Below, piece by piece: positions 1 to 8,276 of a stretch of DNA of 64,000 nt (positions are counted from its first letter, which is position 1; each line of letters begins with the position of its first letter). The position numbers and the translations under genes are program-made. The stretch lies in contig OZ242180.1 in the NCBI GenBank assembly GCA_965205485.1, positions 4,896,001 through 4,960,000 of the forward strand, read 5' to 3'. Source of the DNA: Candidatus Latescibacterota bacterium (GTDB lineage: Bacteria; Latescibacterota; UBA2968; GCA-2709665). The notes under the pieces are model-generated. The model did no database searches. It was not told where the DNA came from and worked only from the letters and a program-made list of their open reading frames with translations.

Positions 1-606
1 GCCCTGTCGAAACCGTCGCGTGCGCATGCGCCACGGACCCGGCAGAAACGCATGGACTACCACGGTTTTCTGCAGAATCTGGTTTCCCTGCAGGCAACAC
101 GCGCCAGACTCAAGCGCCTGCTTCTGGATACAACGGATCCCGACGTTCAGACCGCTTATACAGGCCATCGGAATCCTGAAGTCAGCTTCACCCTGGGCAA
201 GGCAGGTCCGCTCAAGGAAGAGACGTCGCTCACCTTCGCGAAGGAAGTCGAATCGTGGGCGCAGAAGCTGGCCGAGACGGAAAAGCGGCTCGTCTATCCC
301 GAACGGCGGACGCTGAAGGGAGAAGACGCCGCCATCGAGGCCTCGAGACCATCGGCGCTCGGCACCAGGAGCGACGACCGGCGGGACGCCTACCGCCCAC
401 CCGACGAACGGTCGACCGGTGAACAGACGGCTTCGCGAAGAAGCGGCAGGGAGGGCGAATCCGCCGCAGCGGAATCCAGCAGTCGCGGAGGATCCGGGGG
501 GAGCGGCGGGCGCGGGTCGCGTGCGGGACTGCTGTTTCCCAGCATCATCCTCGCTGCCTATATCTGGTACGTCGTTTCCAAAGGAACGGATGGACTGCGA
601 ATCTGA
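1..606 (+). CDS. Hypothetical protein with low-complexity linker and C-terminal TM helix (frame open from window start, probably partial)
   Basis: Frame has no stop from base 1 to TGA at 606; Ser/Gly/Arg-rich linker, then hydrophobic LLFPSIILAAYIWYVV. Confidence 0.6.
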   Translation, partial: ALSKPSRAHAPRTRQKRMDYHGFLQNLVSLQATRARLKRLLLDTTDPDVQTAYTGHRNPEVSFTLGKAGPLKEETSLTFAKEVESWAQKLAETEKRLVYPERRTLKGEDAAIEASRPSALGTRSDDRRDAYRPPDERSTGEQTASRRSGREGESAAAESSSRGGSGGSGGRGSRAGLLFPSIILAAYIWYVVSKGTDGLRI

Positions 607-630
607 TCATTTCCAACGTGAGGACAGGTC

Positions 631-1428
631 GTGACGCATTTGGTCTGGTATGAGATTCTGATTGTCGTAGTCTTCGCCTCCGGGTGCGCCATGGCAGGCG
701 CGCTTACATTGATCCAGAAGATCGTTTTAATCTGCCGGGAAGAGTTGCGGTACGGGCTGCCGGAAAACCGGGCGAGACTCACGTGCGGCGTTCTGGGCGG
801 CCTTGCGGGGTTCGGCGTCGCAGCGCTGGGCATTTACTACACCCTCTACGTTGCCCTGCCGGAAAGCTGGATCGAGTGGGTGGGCCGCTCTGCGTACGCG
901 CTCATCCTGGCCGCCTCGACCGCGCACCTTTCCGTCATTGTCCACGTATGGAGACGGATTCGCGTCGAAGAGGAGGCCCTGAGTTCGGCGTCATCCGCCT
1001 CAGGGGCGCCCACCCTGCTTGCGCGCCGGCAGGCCGGCCTGCGAGACCTCAGGACCGAAACGGAGGCATTCACGGATCTGAAAGCCAGGGACGACGAACT
1101 GATCACAGACCTGATCGGGGTGATCGGCGAGCGGCTTCTGTCCGGGCATCGCGCTCTGAGCCGCATCCCCTTCTACGGCTATCTGGGCACGGTATGCGGT
1201 ATCCTGCTCATGGCGCAGGAACTGGGCCGGCTGGACGAAGCCACCGAGACGTTCAAAGTGCTCCGCGATATGGCCGATGGATTGACGCTGGCCTTCAAGA
1301 CCACGCTGATTGCCCTGCTGGCCTACCTGCCGTTGAGAAAGTGCGTCGACATTCTGATTGGACGGGTCGGCGCCCTCGAACGGGCGTGGCTGGCAATGAG
1401 AGACGACCAGGGGAGCGAATCAAGTTGA
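631..1428 (+). CDS. MotA/TolQ/ExbB proton-channel family membrane protein with extra N-terminal TM helices
   Basis: IPFYGYLGTVCGI and DGLTLAFKTTLIAL match the family TM motifs (P..GLLGTV.G; GI..AL.TT); GAGGA RBS. Confidence 0.8.
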   Translation: MTHLVWYEILIVVVFASGCAMAGALTLIQKIVLICREELRYGLPENRARLTCGVLGGLAGFGVAALGIYYTLYVALPESWIEWVGRSAYALILAASTAHLSVIVHVWRRIRVEEEALSSASSASGAPTLLARRQAGLRDLRTETEAFTDLKARDDELITDLIGVIGERLLSGHRALSRIPFYGYLGTVCGILLMAQELGRLDEATETFKVLRDMADGLTLAFKTTLIALLAYLPLRKCVDILIGRVGALERAWLAMRDDQGSESS

Positions 1429-1847
1429 GAAGCCGATTCATGCAGCGCGCCGCCACGCAGGCGGAAGAACACGACGTCAGCAAGGAACTGTTCCTTGGAA
1501 TCATGATGCTCATGCTCACGCTGGGCATTATGATCCTGAACGTCGCGCAACCGGTCTGGCGGGTACATCACCACGACCCGCGGTCCGAGGACCTGGTCCT
1601 CATCTACACGGCAAAGGGCGCCGGGCTTTCGAGCGACGGAAAATCCGTAGACCGTCTCCTGCAGACGGGGGAGTTCGAACGCCTCACCGCCGGGCTTATC
1701 GCCCAGCCCGACCGCAATCTCCACCTCTTCCTCCGCGGCGGCAGCCGGGACTTCATGGTTAGACACGCCGCCTACGCAGATTCTCTCCTCTCCACGGCAC
1801 CGACGGGCAAGAAAGTGCGGCCCGCGGTTTTCGTACATATGTGGTAG
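1425..1847 (+). CDS. ExbD/TolR-like single-TM partner protein
   Basis: TTG start overlaps upstream TGA (alternative ATG at 1440); one N-terminal TM then ~100 aa soluble domain; directly follows the MotA/ExbB-like gene. Confidence 0.55.
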   Translation: MRSRFMQRAATQAEEHDVSKELFLGIMMLMLTLGIMILNVAQPVWRVHHHDPRSEDLVLIYTAKGAGLSSDGKSVDRLLQTGEFERLTAGLIAQPDRNLHLFLRGGSRDFMVRHAAYADSLLSTAPTGKKVRPAVFVHMW

Positions 1848-1880
1848 GCTGCAGCCGCCTCATCGTCGACATCACTGAAT

Positions 1881-1915
1881 AAAAAAAACCGGCCGCGTCT
1901 ATGTACGGCCGGTTT
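1881..1915 (-). terminator. Intrinsic terminator between convergent genes
   Basis: AAACCGGCCG/CGGCCGGTTT stem with an A-run on the left (U-tract on the minus strand). Confidence 0.65.
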
Positions 1916-1938
1916 GGGACTGGCTGCGTACGCTTCGC

Positions 1939-2805
1939 CTATTTTTTCTTTAACACCGCCAGCACGCGCTGCCCTATCAGCGTTGAGTCCCAGAAGGTGA
2001 CCATCGTCTGCCCCGCGGGCCCCTTGCTGGCCCGGTATTCCCTTCGTTTGCTCAACTTGCCGTGCCGGTCGCACAATGCCGCCAGTTCGCCCGGAACCGC
2101 GATGGTTTCACCGATAGACGCCCTCTTGATGGTATCCCGGCTCTGCTCATCGGTAACGTCCGGAAAGCCGACGAGTTTGTAGTTCTTCCTGATCGTGATC
2201 CCCCGTGACGTTTTCAGATAGCCTGCCTCTTTCAGTGCGTCTTCGGTGCCGACGTAGACCAGCACGGACGTTGCGGTTTCCTGCATGGTCTGCGCCTGTT
2301 CGACGGCCTCCTTCAGGCTGGACTCCAACCTGATCAGCCGGGTTGTCTTGTCGTGCAGCAGCTTGTTCAGCGTGTCGACCTCGATCTTCAACGTCCTGAC
2401 GGCCGCGGTCGCCTGGTCCTTCTCGCCTCTCAATTGTTTGAGTTCCGCAACCAGCCTTTCGTTCATCGCCTGTTGTTTCCTGTACAGCGCCTGATACTCC
2501 CTCATCTCGCTCGTAACCCTGTGCAGCGATGTCAGGAGCTTCCGGTTGGACACTCTCGCGCTGTCTACATGGGCGCGCATGGCATCGATTCGCGAGTCCA
2601 TTTCATCCACCAGCGCGTTCAACGAATCGATCTGGCCCGTATAGAGCTCGATATCGCTCTCCAGTTGCGCGACCTGCGGGTCGACTTCAGGAACGGTATC
2701 GGGCTTCCAGACCGTCAACAACAGAACAACCAGCAATGCAGCCAGAAAGCCGACGACGATAACGATACGTTTCCTGTCGCCGGACGGATCGGGTCCTTTG
2801 TTCAC
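1939..2805 (-). CDS. Membrane-anchored coiled-coil protein with C-terminal globular domain
   Basis: N-terminal TM, ~140 aa heptad region, beta-rich C-terminus; GGAGG RBS. Confidence 0.75.
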   Translation of the reverse strand: MNKGPDPSGDRKRIVIVVGFLAALLVVLLLTVWKPDTVPEVDPQVAQLESDIELYTGQIDSLNALVDEMDSRIDAMRAHVDSARVSNRKLLTSLHRVTSEMREYQALYRKQQAMNERLVAELKQLRGEKDQATAAVRTLKIEVDTLNKLLHDKTTRLIRLESSLKEAVEQAQTMQETATSVLVYVGTEDALKEAGYLKTSRGITIRKNYKLVGFPDVTDEQSRDTIKRASIGETIAVPGELAALCDRHGKLSKRREYRASKGPAGQTMVTFWDSTLIGQRVLAVLKKK

Positions 2806-2921
2806 GAGCCACCTCCGAATAAAGCGGATTCACGCCGGGTGAACCGAGGTTAATTGTCAGGCTGGATATTGCATCAGGTACCTGAACACCCGGAACGGGG
2901 TGTTTCCTGCCCGCGTTCAGG

Positions 2922-3812
2922 CTACGGCTTCCGGGGTCGTTTCATCACTTTGCCATAGATGGAGTCCACGGCGGACTGCAGGGTGTCAGCCGCCCTGCCC
3001 TGAATGATCATCGCGTCGATGAGTTCATTCTGCGCCGTTGCCGCGTTCTTCAGCGCTAGCCGAGCGCGCTGCTCCGCGCGTTGCAGGGATGTGCGCAACC
3101 GAGCTATTTCTTTCTCCTGCCTGCCGGCGCGCGCCTCCACGCCCGCGAGATTCTCGCGCGTACGGGCGAGACCTTCGAATGTCTTCTTACGGCGGGCCTC
3201 CTCCAGTGCGAGGCGCGTCTGCAAATCCCGTCTCAGCGCGCGTTCCGTATTCAGACTGTCTGAATAGGCGCCGCGGGCGTTCTCTTCTTCCTTCAGCTCC
3301 GCCTGCGTCTGCGCAAGCCGGGCGCGCATTTCCTTGAGATCGGCTTTTGTGCGCGCATGGCGCGACCGCTCGTCCTGCAGGTCTGCCCGCACTTCCCATT
3401 CCGACTTGGTCAGGTCCACCTTTTCCAGCGTCCGGTCCAGCAGTTTCGCGCCTTGCTCGTCCAGCTTCTCACGAAAGGTATCCACCGTCCGGTCCAGCCG
3501 TTCGCGCGTGTCTTTCATCGCCGCGTCCTGCTGCCGGAGGGCCGTCTGAATCACCAGGAAGACCATCAGACCCGATACGACGCTCACGTAGCCGCCAAAG
3601 CCCAGCAGGTGCTTCTGCGACAGCGGTTTCACCCAATGGATGAGCGCGAAGACCCCGCCCCATATCAAGATCAGGGCGCCAAGTATCGCGAGGAGTATGA
3701 TCTGCACGGGAAGACGGCCTCGAGAAACCGGATTAAGAAGCTGTTTTAAAATTCCCGGTGAGTCCCGAGCGCGCGCGAAAATGTGTCGGTCAAGGCGGGC
3801 AAATTCGCCCAT
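2922..3812 (-). CDS. Two-TM coiled-coil protein
   Basis: Two hydrophobic segments then a long charged heptad region; start uncertain. Confidence 0.7.
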   Translation of the reverse strand: MGEFARLDRHIFARARDSPGILKQLLNPVSRGRLPVQIILLAILGALILIWGGVFALIHWVKPLSQKHLLGFGGYVSVVSGLMVFLVIQTALRQQDAAMKDTRERLDRTVDTFREKLDEQGAKLLDRTLEKVDLTKSEWEVRADLQDERSRHARTKADLKEMRARLAQTQAELKEEENARGAYSDSLNTERALRRDLQTRLALEEARRKKTFEGLARTRENLAGVEARAGRQEKEIARLRTSLQRAEQRARLALKNAATAQNELIDAMIIQGRAADTLQSAVDSIYGKVMKRPRKP

Positions 3813-4130
3813 ATACTAATGTATCGTGGCTGCGCGCCCCTCGCCACTCTTGGGTGGATTTGACCAACGCAGACCGACGCTTTTGCAGCCGCGCGAAGAC
3901 CGCTGGGGGGTTTTAAGACAGCTTCTAAGGGGTACGAATGAATATAAGTTGAAGCATTTGCTCGATTTCGTCAAGAGCAAACGTCCGGAAATCCGCGGAG
4001 CCGGACGAAACGAACGGACATTTCAGTGCAATCGTCCGCAAGAAAAAAGACGGGACACGGCGATGCCGCGACCCGTCTCAATGCACATTGGTTCCAGTTG
4101 TCTTTCTCCGGGGGCTTCCTCGATGCCACG

Positions 4131-4985
4131 CTACAGATACACTTCCAAACGCTTCCTTACCGACGGCTGCCTCAGCCTTCCGAAGGCGTCCTCCTTCAAT
4201 TGCCTCACCCGTTCCCGGCTGATACCCAGCCGGCGTCCGATCTCCTGGTAGGTCGTGGGTTCCTCGCCGTGCATGCCGAAATAGAGCACAATGACCTTTC
4301 TGTGACGTTCCGAAAGCGCTTCCAGCGTCTCCATAACGGCGCGGGACCGGCATTCCTCGACGAGCGCCTCTTCCGCCGACACGACCTGCCGGTCCGGAAG
4401 CGTCTCCTCAAAACTGAGGCCGGCGTCCGTACCAACGGAATCGAGTGACACGGCGCTTGCGCCACCGTCCAGGCAGCGGTCGAGCCTCTTGACGGGCAAA
4501 CCGGAACAGGCGGCGATTTCCTCCGGCGCGGGGCTTCGATCCAGGCGCTGCATCAGACGATCTTCGGTCTTTCGCATTCGGCCGATGTCGTTCAAAACGC
4601 TGGCGGGCACACGGACGGTTCGGGTCTGGACGTCCAGCGCCTTCAGAATGTGCTGCCGGATCCACCAGACCGCGTATGTAATGAACCTGCATCCCCTGCT
4701 CCGGTCGAATTTCCTGGCAGCGCTAAACAGCCCGCAATTGCCCTCGTTGATGAGATCTCCCAGCGGCAGGCCCTGGTTCTGGTATCCTCTGGCGATGTGA
4801 ATGACAAAACGAAGATTCGCATTCACGAGCGCCGCAATTGCGGATTCATCCCCCGCTTCCGCCCTGGCCGCGAGGGCCCGTTCTTCGGCCGGATCGATCC
4901 GCGGATGTCGATCGACCTCCTTGTAGTAGTATTTCAGCGATCTGTCTTCAAACGTGGCACGACCTTCATGCATTCCGGCAATCAT
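4131..4985 (-). CDS. RNA polymerase sigma-70 factor, RpoD/RpoS-like lacking region 1.1
   Basis: ANLRFVIHIARGY, DLINEGNCGL, FITYAVWWIRQ, TYQEIGRRLGISRERVRQ (regions 2-4); GGAGG RBS. Confidence 0.95.
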   Translation of the reverse strand: MIAGMHEGRATFEDRSLKYYYKEVDRHPRIDPAEERALAARAEAGDESAIAALVNANLRFVIHIARGYQNQGLPLGDLINEGNCGLFSAARKFDRSRGCRFITYAVWWIRQHILKALDVQTRTVRVPASVLNDIGRMRKTEDRLMQRLDRSPAPEEIAACSGLPVKRLDRCLDGGASAVSLDSVGTDAGLSFEETLPDRQVVSAEEALVEECRSRAVMETLEALSERHRKVIVLYFGMHGEEPTTYQEIGRRLGISRERVRQLKEDAFGRLRQPSVRKRLEVYL

Positions 4986-5072
4986 CGCTCAACCTCCGTG
5001 AACTGAAGGTACCCAACCGATTGAGAATTGTTGACGCACCCTGGAAAATTGCAGTGTCCTCCAGTACACGGA

Positions 5073-5101
5073 AATATACTGAACATATGTTCAGTATTCA
5101 A
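5073..5101 (-). promoter_or_regulatory. Sigma-70 promoter with a 22-bp perfect palindromic operator (LexA-box-like) over the spacer
   Basis: Minus strand TTGAAT-N17-TATATT; ATACTGAACATATGTTCAGTAT at 5076-5097. Confidence 0.75.
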
Positions 5102-5218
5102 GTAGAAACTTCTTGTCCCGGTAATTTTTTTTTAATACTTTTCGTCCTCTGAACCGCAGGGAAGCCCCTGCATTCCTGGCCGAGCTTTTTTATTGTCGTG
5201 TTTACCGGGAGAGTTGCA

Positions 5219-6238
5219 ATGAATAAAATACGAGTCGGACTGGTCCGCTGCGACATGCACGGGATGTATTACGGCGCGCTGATGGCCGAACACGCGCCGC
5301 TGCGGCTCCAGAGCCCCATGGAAGACAGCGCCGGCGCGCCATACTCGTGGATGAGCGGCGGGGCCCACTTTTATTTTTACACGTTCTACAGCGACCCCAC
5401 CCGCATGACCGTACCGGGTCTGCACGAATTCGAAATCGCCCGCGTCTGGGACGAACATCCCGGTGTCGGGGACGTCTTTGCACGAGTCTTCACCTCCAGA
5501 CCGCGGGTTTGCGATCAATTCCACGAAGTCTCTGACGACGTGGACCTGGTTCTGGTGGCAGACTGCAATTACGACGGCGCCGACCACCTGGAACTTGCAA
5601 GGCCCAGCCTGGAAAAAGGAGTGCCCACCTTCATCGACAAGCCGCTTGCGAACAATCTGGACAATGCGAACGCCATCGTCAGCCTGGCCAGGAATCACAA
5701 TGCCCCTCTGCTTTCGCGTTCTATTCTGAATACGCTCCCTCAGGCCAAGCAATTCGCCGCCCGCTTTCCGGAAGTCGGCAACCTGGAGTTCGTCTCCATC
5801 CGGGGGGGAGGCTCCTCCCTCGCGGGCCAGATCCATGCCATCTGCCTGGCGCAGAGCTTCTTCGGACCCGGCGTGCGCGCCGTGGAATCCATGGGGGAAA
5901 ACACCGGCGGCTTCATGCACCTCGTCTACCCGGACGAACCCCGCTTTCCCCGATGCGGCGCCATGCTCAGCTGCGACACCGGCGAAACCTACCACTGCGC
6001 GTTCTACGCCAGCGCTTACGGGAACATGGGCGACATTCACTCGGCCCCCCTTGGCGACTATGTTTTCCCGTACGGCGCGTACGAGAACATCAAACTGATG
6101 AAAACGATGGTCGAATCCCGACAGGCCCCGGTTCCCTACCCTGAAATACTGGAAAGCGTCGCGGTTTCCACCGCTGCTGCCAAAGCGCACAATACCGGAA
6201 GGCGGATCTCGCTGCGGGACGTCGGATACGAACCCTGA
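5219..6238 (+). CDS. Gfo/Idh/MocA family oxidoreductase
   Basis: KIRVGLV start, HLELARPSLEKGVPTFIDKPLA motif. Confidence 0.85.
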   Translation: MNKIRVGLVRCDMHGMYYGALMAEHAPLRLQSPMEDSAGAPYSWMSGGAHFYFYTFYSDPTRMTVPGLHEFEIARVWDEHPGVGDVFARVFTSRPRVCDQFHEVSDDVDLVLVADCNYDGADHLELARPSLEKGVPTFIDKPLANNLDNANAIVSLARNHNAPLLSRSILNTLPQAKQFAARFPEVGNLEFVSIRGGGSSLAGQIHAICLAQSFFGPGVRAVESMGENTGGFMHLVYPDEPRFPRCGAMLSCDTGETYHCAFYASAYGNMGDIHSAPLGDYVFPYGAYENIKLMKTMVESRQAPVPYPEILESVAVSTAAAKAHNTGRRISLRDVGYEP

Positions 6239-6307
6239 CACAAGACACGAGGGGCGCAACGTCAGTTGCGCCCCTCGTGTGCTGACCGCGCCCCGGTCGC
6301 CCGCCGC

Positions 6308-7081
6308 TCAGATTTTCACAATAAAGCGGGTCAGGTCCTTTGCCCGATCCGAAAGAGAATCGTACATGGACCGGGGCAGGGGGTGTTCCTTCCTGAGCCA
6401 AACGAACCACGGCGCCGAATATCCCACGCTCGTCATCGCACGAATCTCATCCGACCGGTTGGCCGTGCCCCCGTGCCAGCAACGGATGTCGCGAATAACC
6501 GCCCCGCCGGCCGGTCCGCATACGATCGACCGCTTCATCCAGTCCGGCTCCTCCTCCAGCCCGGGCGCCGGGTCCCGATTGCGGTGGGTGCCGGGCACAA
6601 ACCGCGTCGCGCCATTGATCTCCGTAAAATCCACCATGGGGAAATTCACCACGATGACCGGGGTCGGCAGGTCGAATACATTCACCCGCCCCTGGGGGTC
6701 GCGGAGCATATCCGTGATATCCGCGTGCAGTTTCTGAATCCTTGCGCCGGGCAGCGAATAATCTCCTCCGGCGCCCCAGCAATGGAAGTCACGGCTCGTC
6801 CAGATCGCTTCCAGGACCGGTAAAACCGTCTGCAAATCAATCAGTTGGGCCCACTCCGGGTGGTGGATCTGCTGTCCGAAGGAATAGCGCGCGTACCCGC
6901 GATTCGCATCCTCCAATGGAATGGCGGCCGTCTGCTGCGCGACCACGCGGTCCGCCCCCGACCGCGCATAGGCAAGCTGCTCTGCTGTCAATGCGTTTCG
7001 CATCACGACAAGCCCGTCCCGATGGAATATCCGCGCCGCCTTCTCCACTTCCGACGGTTCCACTAACTCGACGTCCATCAT
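6308..7081 (-). CDS. Phytanoyl-CoA dioxygenase (PhyH) family Fe(II)/2OG oxygenase
   Basis: QKLHAD (HxD), NGATRFVPGTH, WHGGTANRS..R motifs. Confidence 0.9.
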   Translation of the reverse strand: MMDVELVEPSEVEKAARIFHRDGLVVMRNALTAEQLAYARSGADRVVAQQTAAIPLEDANRGYARYSFGQQIHHPEWAQLIDLQTVLPVLEAIWTSRDFHCWGAGGDYSLPGARIQKLHADITDMLRDPQGRVNVFDLPTPVIVVNFPMVDFTEINGATRFVPGTHRNRDPAPGLEEEPDWMKRSIVCGPAGGAVIRDIRCWHGGTANRSDEIRAMTSVGYSAPWFVWLRKEHPLPRSMYDSLSDRAKDLTRFIVKI

Positions 7082-7439
7082 GTGTTCGCCCCTTCGATTG
7101 GTTTGGGGATAAAAAAAGCGCCTAACCTACCAGGCGCCGAAAATTATTGACGAAGTTCCACAGTAACCTGTGGAATAACTTCCGGTTGGGTCACCCTTAT
7201 GTAGATTCAAGGCACTTTTAGAGGTTGAATCCGCAGGATTCAGCCTCCAAGGAAAATATAAGCATTCCGGATTGAAAACGCAAGCGGAACTATGAACATC
7301 GCCCGTGCCGGCTTGACTTCCTTCCGTCGCCTGCATACATTCCAGCCACGAAAGGCCCATCTCAGGCTCATTTCCGCCGTGCGACGGCGGACCACGTCAC
7401 ACGGTCAATGCACCTTGCAGTACAGAGAAAGGAACGCCC

Positions 7440-8210
7440 ATGGCAGAGCCTTCTCTCCAGGATCTTCTGGCCTTCAGCACCCACGCGGCCTGGCAGGCCG
7501 GGCGCATTACCCTTCGCTACTTTCAGACCGGCGTCCAGGTTGACAGGAAATCGGACGACAGCCCCGTTACCGAAGCCGACCGGGCCGCGGAGCGCAGGAT
7601 CGCCGGGCTGATACAGGGCCGTTTTCCGGATGATGCCATCGTCGGAGAAGAATTCGGCGACCGGGACGGCCGGACCGGCCGTCGCTGGATTATCGACCCG
7701 ATCGATGGAACGAAGTCCTTCGTCCACGGCGTGCCGCTCTACGGCGTGATGATCTGCGTGGAGATCGACGGCGTCCCGTCCGTTGGCGTGGTCCACCTTC
7801 CCGCTTTGAATGAGATGGTCTGCGCCGCCAGGGGCTCGGGCTGCGCGTGGAACGGCCGCCCGGCGAGCGTCTCCACGGTCTCGCGCCTGGAAGACGCCCT
7901 GCTCTGCGCAACCGATTTCGAATCGTTCGCCGAGTTCGGAAGGGATGGCGCGTACAGAAACCTGGCGGGACGGGTCGCTTCCTGCCGGGGATGGGGGGAC
8001 TGTTATGGGCACATCCTCGTCGCCACGGGCCGTGCGGAAATCATGCTGGACCCCATCATGGCCGTGTGGGACTGCGCCGCGTTGCAGCCGATACTGGAAG
8101 AAGCGGGCGGCACGTTTACGGACTGGCGCGGAAACCCCACCATCCGGGGCGGCGAGGCGGTTTCCACCAACGGGGTCCTGTTCGACGAGGTGATGCGGAG
8201 CGTCGCATAG
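7440..8210 (+). CDS. hisN: Histidinol-phosphatase, inositol monophosphatase family
   Basis: SPVTEADR, GEEFG, WIIDPIDGTKSF, GWGDCYG, WDCAAL motifs. Confidence 0.85.
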   Translation: MAEPSLQDLLAFSTHAAWQAGRITLRYFQTGVQVDRKSDDSPVTEADRAAERRIAGLIQGRFPDDAIVGEEFGDRDGRTGRRWIIDPIDGTKSFVHGVPLYGVMICVEIDGVPSVGVVHLPALNEMVCAARGSGCAWNGRPASVSTVSRLEDALLCATDFESFAEFGRDGAYRNLAGRVASCRGWGDCYGHILVATGRAEIMLDPIMAVWDCAALQPILEEAGGTFTDWRGNPTIRGGEAVSTNGVLFDEVMRSVA

Positions 8211-8276
8211 TTCCGCGTGCAATTCATCCAGGTCTACGCCTGGAAGGCCTCCCGGAAAAACGGGATTCCGGCTTTC

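Noticed and set aside
631..1847. Zorya ZorA/ZorB or flagellar MotAB
   Set aside because: No long ZorA tail and no OmpA-like peptidoglycan-binding domain in the partner
7156..7178. DnaA boxes / origin
   Set aside because: Only imperfect matches to TTATCCACA and no box cluster or dnaA context
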